From contig CBDBMG010000003.1 of assembly GCA_965207375.1 (NCBI GenBank), forward strand, positions 608,001 to 672,000: DNA of 64,000 bases, given 5' to 3'. Below the pieces are notes generated by a model that did no database searches, was not told the DNA's origin, and was given only the letters and a program-made list of their open reading frames with translations. This document shows, in pieces, positions 33,063 through 47,155 of the stretch. The stretch's first letter is position 1, and each line of letters opens with the position of its first letter. The DNA comes from Nitrosopumilaceae archaeon (GTDB taxonomy: Archaea > Thermoproteota > Nitrososphaeria > Nitrososphaerales > Nitrosopumilaceae). Position numbers and translations under genes: made by a program.

Positions 33063-33592
33063 TATATCATATAAATTATGGATATATAGCTACGTATGTG
33101 TGTACCATTTATTTATGCAGTAGCTATATGAAAGGTAAATAAATTTGACGGTTAGCTAGATTTTTAGGAAAATTTCCTTGGCTTTTTGGCTTTATTTTTG
33201 GTAGCTCCTTGATATTAATTGCAGCTGCACTTGCACGAGCACATGGCCACTCTCATTGTAAAGATTGCTCAACTCACAACTACATAGCTATAACTACATC
33301 GTACAATTATTCAGTACTTCTCCCACTGATGCATTTCATATGCTTTTGTACTTATGATAGTCTGATAGCCTCAAATGCAGCTGTCAACAAAACTTTGACA
33401 CGGCATATTTTATGCTAAAACTGTTCTTGTGACTTAGCTAACATCTGTTTTATGACATTATTAATACATCCAAACAAAGTAGCTAAGTAGTTATATTATA
33501 GTGTTGTCTTCTAGTGATAATATAGGAACATGATGTCCAAAGAATATAGAATATAGAATCTTCATAAAGTGAAACTATTCTTTTGTCATGGT

Positions 33593-33893
33593 TAAGGCTC
33601 AAACAAATATTTAAATATTCAGATTAATATTCGTTTTACCATTATTCGTATTCAAAATAGTCCAAATATCTATTTGGGTACTGTGGTTTAATGGATAGCA
33701 TACTGTACATAATAATCAATGTTTAATGTCAAAATTTCAGAGTAATTTCCCTTCATTATATGCGCTATGAGTGAGATAGGAGTCATAAATTGACTGAAAG
33801 TAGTCACTTTTATATGTAAAAGAATAGTCGGACTATTTGTTTGAAAATTAAAGAATATTCGATTATCAAAATATACTATTCGTTTGAGCCCTA
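33593..33893. mobile_element. hAT-type MITE, same family as 18920-19230
   Basis: TIR ...GTTTGAGCCCTA. 8-bp TSD GTCATGGT/GTTATGGT. Confidence 0.8.
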
Positions 33894-34869
33894 GTTATGG
33901 TAGCTGTTAGCATAAGCAAATTAGCTATTGGAGGACTTGTATATATCAATCACTATGAATTCCAACTATTGTCATAGACAGGTATTAATTTTGTTAATAG
34001 TCACCTTGCCTATACAATTTGTCAGGACATATAGCTACGTAGTTAGCTAACTATTGTCACTGACATAATAAAATTAAAAGATGAATAGTAGTTGGTCAGT
34101 GATGATACATTGGCATAAACTGATGCAGTGTTTATTCCAGGATTTCAGATTTGGTGGGAATTAGCTAAAGATTTTGAGGGTGAAGACTGGTGGTGAACTG
34201 ATGACCAAAAAAGCAAGGAACTATATACGTACGTATATAGCTATGTAGCTACGTATAGCTATAGTTATTTCACTGAAATTATAGGTTTGCTTTATCACCA
34301 CCTAGAAAGCAAGTGATTCCAAACTACATTCATATTCACATTTGTTTCCCTGAGTCACTCATCCAGGAAGCCTCACACCGGCCATATAGCTACTGACCAC
34401 AGGACGTGGGCAATCAATTTAGCTATGAGGTAAATTTCCCTGAAATATACGCGTAGGCAAAATTAAGGAAATCAGTTATAATTATACGCTGGCCAAGTTG
34501 GTATATGACGAGCCAATAGCCGGAAACCCATCAGTCACGAATACCAGTAATCCGGAAAACCGGCGAGTCTGAACGAAATTTCTTATTCATATAATCATAC
34601 TGCCGAGTGATTCTAGAACTACAATATAGCTAGGTCCCTTATCTGCATGCTCGCTTATCTGATGACCAAAAAAGGAACAAGGGAGGAAAGAACTAGGGCC
34701 TGGGCTATATAGCTATAGCAGCTCTGAAATAAACATGCACTGCTCAGTTTGCTCCATAAAGGCATGCTATATATTCTGCTAAAATGCTAAACTAACATAG
34801 CTATCTACGTATGTATACTGCAACTATGATGTTCCATTAAGATTCTTAAAATCGCGAACCTATGATAGC

Positions 34870-36600
34870 TAATCATTAATCACCTTGATTCTTCAGAACA
34901 AACGGCATAGGCTTCAGGTTTAAGCCACTTCAGTAATACTACATCTTCATAGCAGAAGGGTGATCGAGAACTACACTGATTCATTTCTTGGCAGTCGGAT
35001 TCGGCCCCGAACAACTCAGTACTCGTTTAAGTTCGGCGGTTTAGGGACTTTTGAACAGTTAATACAGGGACATAAGATTGAGAAGCTACATGTGATGGCT
35101 GGGTTGAAGTTATTCAAGAAGTACTTCCTTATATATTTTGACAGTTTGTTCTTAATCCTTGTTGGGTGTTCATTAAGATCTATAGTAGGTAGTGCGTTCC
35201 AGATTCTTGGTAAACGGTTTAAGTAGAAGTTATTGTTGGTGTTATTGGTAGATCTAGCCTGGTGGAGTTTGTTACTTGAAGCAGAACGTGTGTTGCCGGT
35301 TACAAATTTAATATAGTTATTAATGATGAAACCGTCATGATGGTTTCGAAGACTTTTAATAAAGAACATTACATCGTTTAGATCTAGTATATAGGTAAGT
35401 GGCAGCAGTTGGGTTTGGATTAGTCGAGATTTGTAATCACTGGTAAAGTCATTTAGGATATATTTGGTGGCTCGCCGTTGTACTCGTTCGAGTTGCTGGA
35501 TATGTTTGATAAAGTATGGTTTCCATAGAATTGAGCAGTATAGTAATTGGGATCGAACAAGAGATATATATATAGTTGTTTTTTGCTCTTAGTGAGGTTC
35601 TGAGGTGAGAAAGTCCTTTTTAACAGTCCCAAAATACTGTAGGCTTTTGCAATGATATGGTTGTAATGAGCATCCCAAGTTAGATTTGATGATAGTATAA
35701 TACCTAAGTCCTTATGACTTTCTACTTTGGTTATTAAAGATGTTCCAATTGTGTATGATGTCTGTAAATTGAGTTTGAAACTGATTTGGACAATCTTAGT
35801 GGGGTTGAATAGCAGACTCCATTGTTCACTCCAGTAGTTTAAAGAGTTGATGTCATCCTGTAATAGGATAGCGTCTGCTGGATCAGATATGATTTTGAGA
35901 CATTTTGTATCGTCAGCGAATAGATATAATAATGAATTATTTATATGGTCAGGAATGTCATTAACATAGATGAGAAACAGGAGTGGACCAAGAATACTGC
36001 CCTGTGGGATTCCCGATAGAACAGGTAGTAGATGAGAGTACTTGTTATTTATTTTCACGCACTGCTGACGGTTATACAGGTAGGATTTGAACCATAGCCA
36101 CAGACCACCAGAGATGCCCATGGATTTCAATTTAAACAAGAGTTCATTGTGTGGAACACTGTCGAATGCCTTTTTAAAGTCAAAATATATCACATCAGTC
36201 TGGTGATCAGTATTCATGATGACATCGAATAATACCAGCAGTTGTTGAACAGTAGATCTGTGTTTTAAGAATCCAAATTGTTGAGGTGTAAGGAAACTAG
36301 AGATATGATGGATGACCTTATTGTAGATTAACTGTTCTAGTATTTTTGAGGTGTTACTAAGTAATGATATGGGACGGTAGTTGTTCACTTGGGATTTGTC
36401 ACCTGACTTGTGTACGGGAGTGATAACATGGATACGCCAATCGTATGGTATAGTGTGTTTGCAGAGGCTAGTTGAAAATAGATGATGCAATGGTCCACAT
36501 AGGGGGTAAGCACATTTATTTAAGACTCTAGGACCGATAAAGTCAATGCCTGAGGATTTGTCAGGATCCAGGGAGTTAAGAGCCTCAAGTACGTTTACCG
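34870..36600 (-). mobile_element. 5'-truncated CR1/L2-clade LINE (RT domain), frameshifted near 35560
   Basis: NYRPISLLS, QFGF, YFDFKKAFDSVPH, GIPQGSILGPLLF, LFADD, KDLGI, RIWNALP. Confidence 0.92.
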
Positions 36601-36745
36601 ATAAATCGCTCAAGCTCGGCCGTGCACTTTGTCGGAATGATTCGATTTGTCGATATTCGTTTGATATATACATAAATCTGTAGCTATGGGTGGGGCAATT
36701 AAGACGTCATATTGGGGCGGTTGTATGTGGTCAAATTGATGCAGC

Positions 36746-36783
36746 CATAGATACTATATACACTTACCCATATAGTATCTATG
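36746..36783. mobile_element. 38-bp P-like relic or excision footprint
   Basis: CATAGATACTATA...TATAGTATCTATG between perfect 7-bp repeats ATGCAGC (36739-36745 and 36784-36790). Confidence 0.7.
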
Positions 36784-37726
36784 ATGCAGCAAATCAGTGT
36801 AACGTATAGCTAAACGTCACACTATATTGCTCTATAATTAGTATACGTACTAGTGATACATTTAGCTAGTTAACTACTCTTCACTCTTATGCTGATGCTA
36901 AATCGCAGCTTGTAGGCGATTTTTCCTTCCTCCGGACCCCTCGGGCTACCCATATGCACAGGGGAATCAGTGTCGGAGGAAAACACCATTGGCTTACAGT
37001 CGGCGGCGGCCGCCTCACCAATAATCATCCGTTATTTAAAAACTGTTAATCGCAAGCAGCCAGTGATGCATGCCAGACAGTAGCTACGTATAGCTGTCAA
37101 TTTGCTTTGACTAACAAAACAATACTTAGCTTTTGTATTTTTATCAAAGATAAACTTCTACTTTCATTGGACATTTCATTTTAGTTCCAATTAATTTGTG
37201 GTTAGCTATAGCAGTAACCACAATGTTATCATATGATATCATATGATAACATCACCCATTGAATAATTATAGTTATAAGCAAAGGCATCGATTGTAATGC
37301 CATGCAGCATATAATTTAGCTATATACAGTATAGCTATCTAGCTATAACAGGCAAACTTGCACCCAGTGTATAGCTAGCTAGCTAACTATTGACATTTTA
37401 AGCTAAGCTAGATCAAATAGCTATATCATACTAATTAGCTAGCTATACACTGAGGCAATTTAAGGTAAGAGACACACAGCTAGCTACACACTTGAAACTA
37501 TATATATTATGTGGAATCTGCAAAACACATCTTATCTGCACATCTAGCTAAATATATACATACCATAACTTCCCTTGTGAATAAGCTAACAATCCAAAAT
37601 TTGCATCGTTGATATATAGCTAGCTAGTTCTGTGTTTGGCCTTTCTTGTGTCAAATTTGTATACCTATTATAATATTATAGCAAAATGCAAAGAATGAAG
37701 TTCATACAAAATTACCACAATGAGTA

Positions 37727-38001
37727 TGTAGCAGCATATACTGAAGCCATACAGTGAATAACACTAACTGAACTCATTGCACACACCTGACCTTATAGTT
37801 AGTTATCTCATTTAGTTTTGTAATCATGCTGTTGTAATTACTTATGATCATATTTCTTTTTATCATTTTTTTGTTCTCTTGTACTTTATTCTTTTGTATT
37901 TGCTCTGTATATAGCTAAGTGCTACATTTCACTATCATAACAGTGGTGTTTTTTGTCACTATAACCGTTGCGTGAATCTCGGCCGACTTGACGTTCTTAC
38001 A
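37727..38001 (+). repeat. 5' LTR
   Basis: Direct repeat of 40807-41069. Confidence 0.95.
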
Positions 38002-40806
38002 ATTGGTAACCCTGACGCTAGAACCAGAACGCGATGGATCCTGAAGTACCCGTCAACGCCGAAGATCCTCCTCCTCTCGCCGCATGCACCCGCTGGCAGA
38101 GTCGCAGCAATCCAGATCAAGCTACCTCTCTTTTGGCCAAAGGATCCTGCACTGTGGTTCGCCCAGATCGAAGCGCAGTTTACCACCCATGGCATGATCT
38201 GGCATCACCGGCGCTTCCAGGACGAAGTTCGAGTACGTCGTCTCATCGTTTTCTCCCGAGTATGCGACGGAAGTCCGGGACCTACTACTTACTCCACCTG
38301 CAGAGCATCCTTACGAGCAACTAAAGAAAGAGCTAACCAACCGAACCTCGCTGTCCGAGCAACGCCGTCTCCAACAGCTACTTACTTCCGAAGAGCTTGG
38401 AGATCGTAACGACAACTCACGCCTGCAGACAGCACCACCGAAGCCGAACAGCTTTGCGGGTACCATAGAACATTCGGAGATGCTGCCAAGAAATGTCAAC
38501 TTCCTTGTCAGAAGTCGGGAAACGCCCAGGCCAGTCGCTAGGGGCGACGAGCGATCCCGGCCTACCAACAAGTCGCCTGCATGCTATTTTTAACCGATGC
38601 TAACTCTGGCCGCCGATTCCTCATTAACACTGGTGCTGAAGTGAGCATCGTACCTCCCTCCGATACTGACCAGAAGAACAAGCAGGACTTTTCAGGCCTC
38701 CAAGCAGTCAATGGCTCATCCATTGCGACTTTTGGCACCCGGTCCATCTCTCTGGATTTGGGCCTCAGACGTGTATTCCGCTGGATTTTTGTTATTGCTG
38801 ACCTCGTTGTTGACACTTCCACACCAATCATTGGAGCAGACTTCCTCAGACAACATGGACTATTAGTCAATATGAGACATGGTCAGCTGGTGGATATAAC
38901 GACACAACTAACACAAGGTATTATTTCTCATGTTGTATCACCCAGCCCGTCTTTCTCTCCGCAGCATTTGGACACAGATTATGATGCCTTGCTGGCTGAA
39001 TTCTCCTCTGTTACCAAACCTTGTCTGCCACCACAATCAGCGAAACACACGGTCACTCACCACATCCACAACAAGGGGCCACCTGTCCATGCCAGACCTC
39101 GATGTCTACCACCTGACCGTCTCCGCATCGCCCGGAATGAATTCGAGCACATGCTGGAACAAGGGATCATCCAATCATCTGACAGTCAATGGTCATCACC
39201 CCTTCACATGGTCCCGAAGAAGACTCCTGGAGACTGGAGACCCTGTGGTGACTATCGAGCTCTCAATAATGTGACTATCCCAGACCGCTACCCAATCCCT
39301 CACATACAGGACTTCACAGCAACTCTCCATGGTTGCACAGTGTTCTCTAAGCTGGACCTGGTACGTGCCTACCACCAGATTCCTGTGGAGCCATCAGATA
39401 TTCCTAAGACTGCCATTACAACACCATTTGGACTGTTCGAGTTCCGACGAATGCCCTTTGGACTCGGTACGGAATGCTGCACAGACTTTTCAACGTTTCA
39501 TGGATCAAATGCTACGTGGACTCGACTTCTGCTACGTCTACATAGATGATGTACTCATCGCCAGCAGAACAACAGAGGAACACAAGGTACACATCCGTCT
39601 TGTGCAACGTTTTGTGCAATATGGCATGCATACTGATCAATCCTATCAAGTGTGTCTTAGGTGTCACCGAACTACGCTTCTTGGGTCATCATGTCAACAA
39701 AGATGGTGTATCTCCATTTCCAGACCAGGTGCAAGTTATCCAGAACTTTCCTCAACCCACCACACTCCACAAACTATGGGAGTTCCTAGGTCTGGTAAAC
39801 TTCTACCACCAATGTATACCCAGGAAGCGATACCAATCCCTGACAGCACTGCAGACACTGTGGCTCAAGCTACCATCACCACAGACAGAGGTCAACAATT
39901 TGAGTCAGCCCTCTGGACACAGCTGACAAGTTACCACCCCATCGCCAATGGACTGGTAGAACGATTGCACCGACAACTGAAGAGTGCAGTGAAATACCTA
40001 CCAGATCCAACATATTGGACAAAAGCTCTCCCTCTGGTACTCCTGGGTATCCGTACAACTATTAAGCAAGACCTTAAGTGCACTGCTGCAGAACTGGTGT
40101 ATGGTACCACACTTCGTTTACCAGGAGAGTTTTTCACCAGCACCACAAATCATCTGGACCCCATTTCCTATGCAACTCAGCTAAAGACATTTATGCAGCA
40201 GCTAAAACCACCTTCAGTTTGCCGACAACAGAGACATTTCTACACAACTCCTGATCTGTCCACCTGTACCTTTGTTTTTGTAAGGCATGATGCAGTCAAA
40301 CGATCATTACAGAAGCCTTACGATGGTCCATTCCATGTACTCCACTGCAGTGATAAACATTTTACCCTTGACATCTCAGGCAAGAAGAAAGTTGTTTCAA
40401 TAGACCGTCTCAAGCTTGCACACATCGAAGAGGCCTTTGCAGTCACTAACCTCTCAGTTACTGTACCACAACCATCTCAGTCAGACACTTCGCCACCACT
40501 TAATTCTCCCCCTTCCAAGTCATCACCGACCTCACGTGTCACTTTTACCCTTGACATCTCAGGCAAGAAGAAGTTGTTTCAATAGGCCGTCTCAAGCCTG
40601 CACACATCGAAGAGGCCTTTGCAGTCACTAACCTCTCAGTTACTGTACCACAACCATCTCAGTCAGACACTTCGCCACCACTTGATTCTCCCACTTCCAA
40701 GTCATCACCGACCTCACGTGTCACTGGGTCAGGCCGTCATGTCCACTGGCCCAAGAGATTTGCAGAGTATCGCACGTTCACCAACTAGCTCACTGGGGGG
40801 GAGTAT

Positions 40807-41069
40807 TGTAGCAGCATACACTGAAGCCATACAGTGAATAACACTAACTGAACTCATTGCACACACCTGACCTTATAGTTAGTTATCTCATTTAGTTTTG
40901 TAATCATGCTGTTATAATTGCTTATGATCATATTTCTTTTTATCATTTTTTTGTACTTTGTTCTTTTGTATTTGCTCTGTACATAAGTGCTACATTTCAC
41001 TATCATAACAGTGGTGTTTTCTGTCAGTATAACCGTTGCGTGAATCTCGGCCGACTTGACGTACTTACA
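40807..41069 (+). repeat. 3' LTR
   Basis: Direct repeat of 37727-38001, preceded by the polypurine tract. Confidence 0.95.
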
Positions 41070-43144
41070 AGTATACCAAAATTGAATTTAATTTGGTATG
41101 CACATTGTGGTAATTTTGTATGAATTTCATACTTTTGTATTTTGCAGTGTAGCTATCCAAAAAGTGAGTTATGTGCCTTCAAAGCCATAAAATTGGACAT
41201 GCAGATCTAGACCTACTTGGTTACATAAAAATTATTGGAATTGTAGCTAGCTAGCTAGCTAAATGGTGAGAAATTGTAGGAAATATGAGTCACATACTAG
41301 TATGATATAGCTAGTGTACAATATTTAGAAAGACACGTACAATGTATTGGATTCATTGTAGCCATACAATTATGTTTCTGTGGTTTGATACAATTCATAG
41401 CTATAGTACGTACATATAATTATAATTTGTAGTTACGAGTATCTTGAAGTTATAAACAATAAATTAAATGGAGATTACCTGGATCAGCTAAGAAGGGTCA
41501 GTTTCACTGTTAACTATATAGCTAGAAGTCATAATAATGTAGCTAGATCTAGTTAGGCCACACAAAGTTAAATGTCTGTTTCTGACTTTCAAAATTTGAC
41601 CAGGCAACCAGGCTTTTTATTTTTATTTTTAACTTAAATTATGTCAAAATCCAAACTAACTTGCTTGTATTTTTTGTTCACTTCGTGATAATACATAAAA
41701 TTTCTTTATTCAGTGTAGAACTTGATAAATGTGTTTATACTACATAATCTACACATTATTTAAACAGTGTAACTATAACAACATGCTGTGAATAAAAAGT
41801 TACCATCACTACCTCACAAAAATGACCAGGCACTGAGGAGGACCAGAAACATATTTTTAACTTTGTTTGGCCTTATCTTTTATGAAACTTTAAATTTTGA
41901 AAAATTGGATGCGTGAACTATGCACATTTTCGCAAATCTGGTCATATATGTATATAAAATAATTATAGTTATTTCAATTGAGTATACACATAGGTAGCTG
42001 GCTACGTATCATATTATAATAGTGAGTGCCTGAGTAAAAACTAGCCACTTCCAAATTTACCATGTCCACTGTAATAATTTAATAATTCTTTTAGGCAATA
42101 TACCTAACTACAGGGTGAACAATTATAAGGTGGGTTATCATTATTAATAGTTGGAATCCTGGTGGTGGAGGGATAGCTTAGTTATACACCTAATTATATA
42201 TAAGTATCAATTTTATCCATACTATATTCTGTAACAGGGAAAGTTGGAATTATGGGGGAAGTGACTCTAATAATTAGCTATGATACTAAAATTCCGGCTA
42301 TGATTCCGTTCACTAGTGGCCAGCATCTCAGCATCTGTTTGTTAATTAGTAGGCAGAATTTGACTTCTATGGCTATGTTTGAACAAACTCTTACATAGCT
42401 AGCTACTAGGCATCACTCATAGATCTACTATAGGGATTATGAAAAAATATCCCAGAAGTGTGGAGTTTGACTGTCATATCCCCTGTAATCATCACCTATA
42501 CTGGTGTATTACATATACCTGTGTAGGGTATACGCTGCCATAGCCATAATTGTCTGGCTGTTAATCGACATAATAAAGTAACAACAAAAGAAAATTTATA
42601 TCAATAGTGGTAACAACACTTATTAGCTATTCAGTCTGTATCTAAATTTATAAACACTCCATCCTCAGGCATTATATTATTATGTAGTTATAAATACACA
42701 GACCTCAAGATATGTTATAATTTCATTAGTAAAGTAATATGATTAGTGCGTTCTATGTACGTATGTTAGTAGCTATAGTTATACGTAGCTATACAGTATA
42801 GCTAGCTATGTAATAGCAAAACTTTATACAATTGTGATCCGGAAAACAGGTCTTAGGTGTACATAAAATTTGACCACATTTAAACATTGTGGATTTAAAA
42901 ATTAAATTAAACTTGGCTTCTAACAGTTTTCAGTATTTATGCAGCTTTTAAGATGGAATCTGATGTTTCTTAACAAATTTTTAAATCTTTTACAGTGAAA
43001 GAGATACCTAAGTACTGCTATATAGCAAGTTTTGTCTGCAACGGGTCCTAAATTTGCAAGGTATCATAAGATACTATAAGTACAAACAACAATACACTTT
43101 GTATGCAGCTGTATGCAGTTTGCAAATTTAATAATAGCAAATAT

Positions 43145-43770
43145 GTAACTGTCTCTGCAAAAACCAGCCTAGTTCGCACTAAAATTTAAATTCATTTTTT
43201 TGGCTAAGCTTATAGCTATACTCAATAGCTAGCCAAATATCACATCTCCTATGGCCAGACTCAAGTGGTCTGCTTTTCTGAGGGAAGGATTTGAGGTCTT
43301 GTAAAAGCATGACCGACACATTGGCACCTGTGGAGCACACCAATTGGGTGTTATCGGCCTGGAATTCTATCCTTGACCGGAATGATGTTCCTTCGGCCTG
43401 GTTGTATGGTCAGGACCATCGGTGGGCAACTAGTCACCTTGTGTCTTCACCTGGGGAGGTTTTTCCTCCTCCCTCCCCACCCCCCACCTCACTCTCCCCT
43501 CCCCTCCTCCTTCCCACCCACCCACTCGTAACACTTCGCTAAAATTGATGCACACCTTCGAAAAAATCGTCTGAAAAGGCCTAAAATCAAGCAAGGAACA
43601 ACTTCAAAGGTAAACTGTATTTTATTCAATAGATTACTAAGTCCAGTTCTGTTAAACAAAAGCGGCCTAGTACGAGCAAAAGCTGGTAATTTTTAATTAA
43701 AATCTTTAAACAAGTGTTTCTCTAATTACTACCAGGTGCGAACAAGGCCGGTTTTTGCAGAGACGGTCAC
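43145..43770. mobile_element. Non-autonomous TIR element, Sola-like
   Basis: TIRs GTAACTGTCTCTGCAAAAACC / GGTTTTTGCAGAGACGGTCAC. 4-bp TSD ATAT. Confidence 0.75.
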
Positions 43771-44424
43771 ATATTGCTGCTAGACCAGAAATCAAAGGTT
43801 TAAAGCCTGCTATACAGTAGTTACGCATAGTGGGGTATAAAAATTAATATATTTGCATGTAGAGTATCTACATACGTATATAAGACTCACAATGACATAA
43901 ATATTAATTTTATTGATTCAAAGTGAAAAGTACGTAATGGAATCTTGGAATTTTCTTTTTAAGTGATCTGGAGGTTTGTCTTTATCAAGCACAAACTTAC
44001 ACATAGCTACATAATTATTTAGAAACATAGCTAGCTACATGCATCCATTAGCTAATTATATATAATCACATACAACTTTATTAGGTGAAAGTTGTAGGGT
44101 AGCTACTTTGTTTAGATGAGGGAGTTTAACTAAGCTTAAGTCTTTTATTTTACATACCCAACCTTAAACTTAAATCTATAGATGCAAATTTACTTTATAA
44201 ATAATAATTATAATATTCTACCTAGTTAACACAAGACATAGCTAACATTTGTTACCTTGAATATGCAAGAAAAGACCCTCTGCAACAAAATCGATCTTGT
44301 CATGGACACACAAAATATTTGATTGTGGGTTTAAATTTGGAATTTACATTATTAAAAGACTTTGTAGCAGTATTTGTAATATCACAGGGTACTAGAGGGG
44401 GTTTAAAGGTAAGATTTTACATTT

Positions 44425-44671
44425 GTGACCCGGCATGAGAAAACCGGGCTTATGTACACAAAATATACCTATTCATATTTATGTATCTCCTTTATTGCTT
44501 AAGGTTTTAATAATCTGTAAGGTGCATGAGGTTCCCTATGAAAAGCTGCATAAATGGTAAAAATTCCATTAGACTCCGATGATTTCGTATAAAGTTATTT
44601 AAGTTTGAAATCCAAAAATGTGATCAAATTTCATGTGCACATATAAGCCCTATTTTCTCATGCCGGGTCAC
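44425..44671. mobile_element. Sola-like MITE
   Basis: TIRs GTGACCCGGCATGAGAAAA / TTTTCTCATGCCGGGTCAC. TSD ATTT. Confidence 0.8.
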
Positions 44672-44874
44672 ATTTATAACTTTAAAGGCCACTCCAAATG
44701 AGAGCGTAGTTTCCTGTCCTCCGCCCCCATCATGTCTGGAGTATCCGATCCGCATTGAATGGTCATTATTGTCATGATGTGCGAAAATTTGTAACTATTT
44801 CCTGTGCTGCCAGTCTATATGATACTGAGGGACCCGCCGATTATGCCAACATAATAGATAGCTAAAAACATCCA

Positions 44875-44919
<45 letters not shown>

Positions 44920-47155
44920 GCCAGCATAAGAGGAAGTGTTTGGCTAGGTATTTATAGGGCTGCGTCTATTATGCTCTGAAAATTGCCTATTATACTTTTT
45001 GGAATTACCCCAATTTTGCACCTATCATGCTAGATTTTATGCTACTCCACAATCAATTATGCTACTAATAATACACAATATAATATATATTTCAATAAAG
45101 CTCACTTGTTTATGAACCTCCAGTTACCTCTACATACAGCTTTAATTCTGCTCTGCCACATGCCAGTGGTATAAAAGCTTTTATTATAATTAATTTTAGA
45201 GGTGCCTAACACACAGCGACTATTAAGGAGTTGTAGAAGCTATGCCTTGTGAATTTCTGCTGTTGTAAAATGTTGAATGGCAGTGGGGTTGAGTGTATTT
45301 TATAGCTTTTAGGCCGCCGGTATAAATGGCACGAGTAGGTTTTAATTATGCAGTTTGTGCCCTGCGCCATAAATTTTACCCATTATGCTGGCATCATGCT
45401 TGATGCTTTAGTACACCTATTATGCTAAAAATTATGCTAGCACATAATCGACGCAGGCCTATTCATACCAAAAGATCGATATACTCTAATAGAACAATCA
45501 CCATAATTAACATTGCAAGTATAAAATACATCGAATAATAATAATAATAAGCCTCCCTCCCACATCAAATTTTCTAAACATCTGGACAGGAAATTAGTTC
45601 AAATTACACTCTCATTTGGGGTGGCCTTAAATTAGCCCTATTATATTCATTATTCTCAATTCTTTTTTAGCTATCCTCTTTTAATTAATTAAGTACACCT
45701 TGGTGGTTCCATTCATTCAATTCTATCTTACTTTATCAGATTTACTTCTGATGTTAAACTTATAATTAGGCATGCGTCTATTAAGCTAGAATAATTCCAA
45801 TGGATGATCGGTGAAGTCACGACAGATGGAATGAGTGTTTCATTCACACATGTAGCTGCAATCTTCTGGTGTAAATATGCTGTTATTGACACTGCTGTCA
45901 GTTTCTACACAATATCTGCTTCATTGACAGTTGACACTGCATCTGATGAATCGTAAGCATATTCCCTGTATTTTATGTATTTAAACTCGTTTCATTATTT
46001 TACTCTCATTGGTTAAACTCATGGACGTCATGGTTTCATGTCAACACTTTCCCAAGCTACTATTAACAATATGTTCATCTCCACTGCACAAAATGTAACG
46101 AAATAGTTTAGCGACTCACTATCACAGAAACACTTGCATACATATGCACCAATAACATTTTAGCACTCACGAAAAGGCAACGAAACTTGTGCGGTGAAAT
46201 GGGTAGTATTGATGTTGAAAAATACCCTGTAGCTATGAATGTATATACATACGTACACTGATGTTAAAGGAATACATGTACACATTTTGCAAGCTTACTG
46301 AATGCACTGTTTTTGATTGACTCCATTCCAAGTAAAATTTCCGTCTGTATTTTGGTACTGCACAATTAACCGCATACTTTACAATACATTCCTCTTTATT
46401 TGAAATAATGAGTGAAATATTTCTGGCTTATTAACTCTTATATAGCTTCTTTCTGAAATAGCATCTCCTCCGTATATATATTGATCTATTAATTTTTATT
46501 ATAGCTACACATACGTAACTGGTAGCTATTAATAATGCTCAGGATGTCATACATGAAATTAGCTGTATCAGCAATATGATAAAATTAATTATACATGAAC
46601 GAATTTTGCTACACTATTATATCCTATATAGCATCTATTATATAGCTTGTAGTAGAGAAGCTGTGTGGCTTCTTAATATAAACTCATCCATTATTTATCA
46701 ATGTCCATGCATCTAGGCTGATCTAGCTGGGCACTAGAAATTTTGCCTATTACGCCAGCATCAAATATCCTCAATCCTTTTTAATGCCTAAAATTATGCT
46801 GGCATAATTGGTGCAAGCCTACTGCAGAGCATGATACTAATCGGAAAACAGCTACTGTAGCTAGCCATAATAGCTACGTAAGTATTTTGAGCATATGAAT
46901 CCCTGCATGTAGCTAAGAGCACATATTATTTATTATGTTCTCTTATTAATATGTGACTGTCTCAGAAAGTAGCTACTAGCCTAGTTCACACTTCCAAATT
47001 TGCCACTTCAATTTTTGTTGGGAATGACATAGCTACATACTCCATATTTACAAGGTCAGTAGCTCTTTCTTTATCATTGCAAAAAAATTAAGCATTTTGT
47101 AACATATTCAAAAAAACTTATGGTCTATTAACTTGGCAAAACCACAGGTATGCAT

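Larger units (their letters stand above)
37727..41069 (+). mobile_element. Ty3/Gypsy LTR retrotransposon, internally deleted and frameshifted
   Basis: TG..CA LTRs at 37727-38001 and 40807-41069. TSD AGTA. PBS TGGTAACCCTGACG (tRNA-Trp-like). PPT GGGGGGGAG. gag KLPLFW..P.LWFAQIEAQF; protease [10 protein letters not shown]; RT YIDD; integrase TTDRGQQF..YHPIANGLVER..PYDGPF. RNase H and integrase N-terminus missing. Confidence 0.95.

Noticed and set aside
45770-46480. Possible decayed minus-strand exons of an extracellular protein
   Set aside because: Only short open stretches and no motif I can assign.
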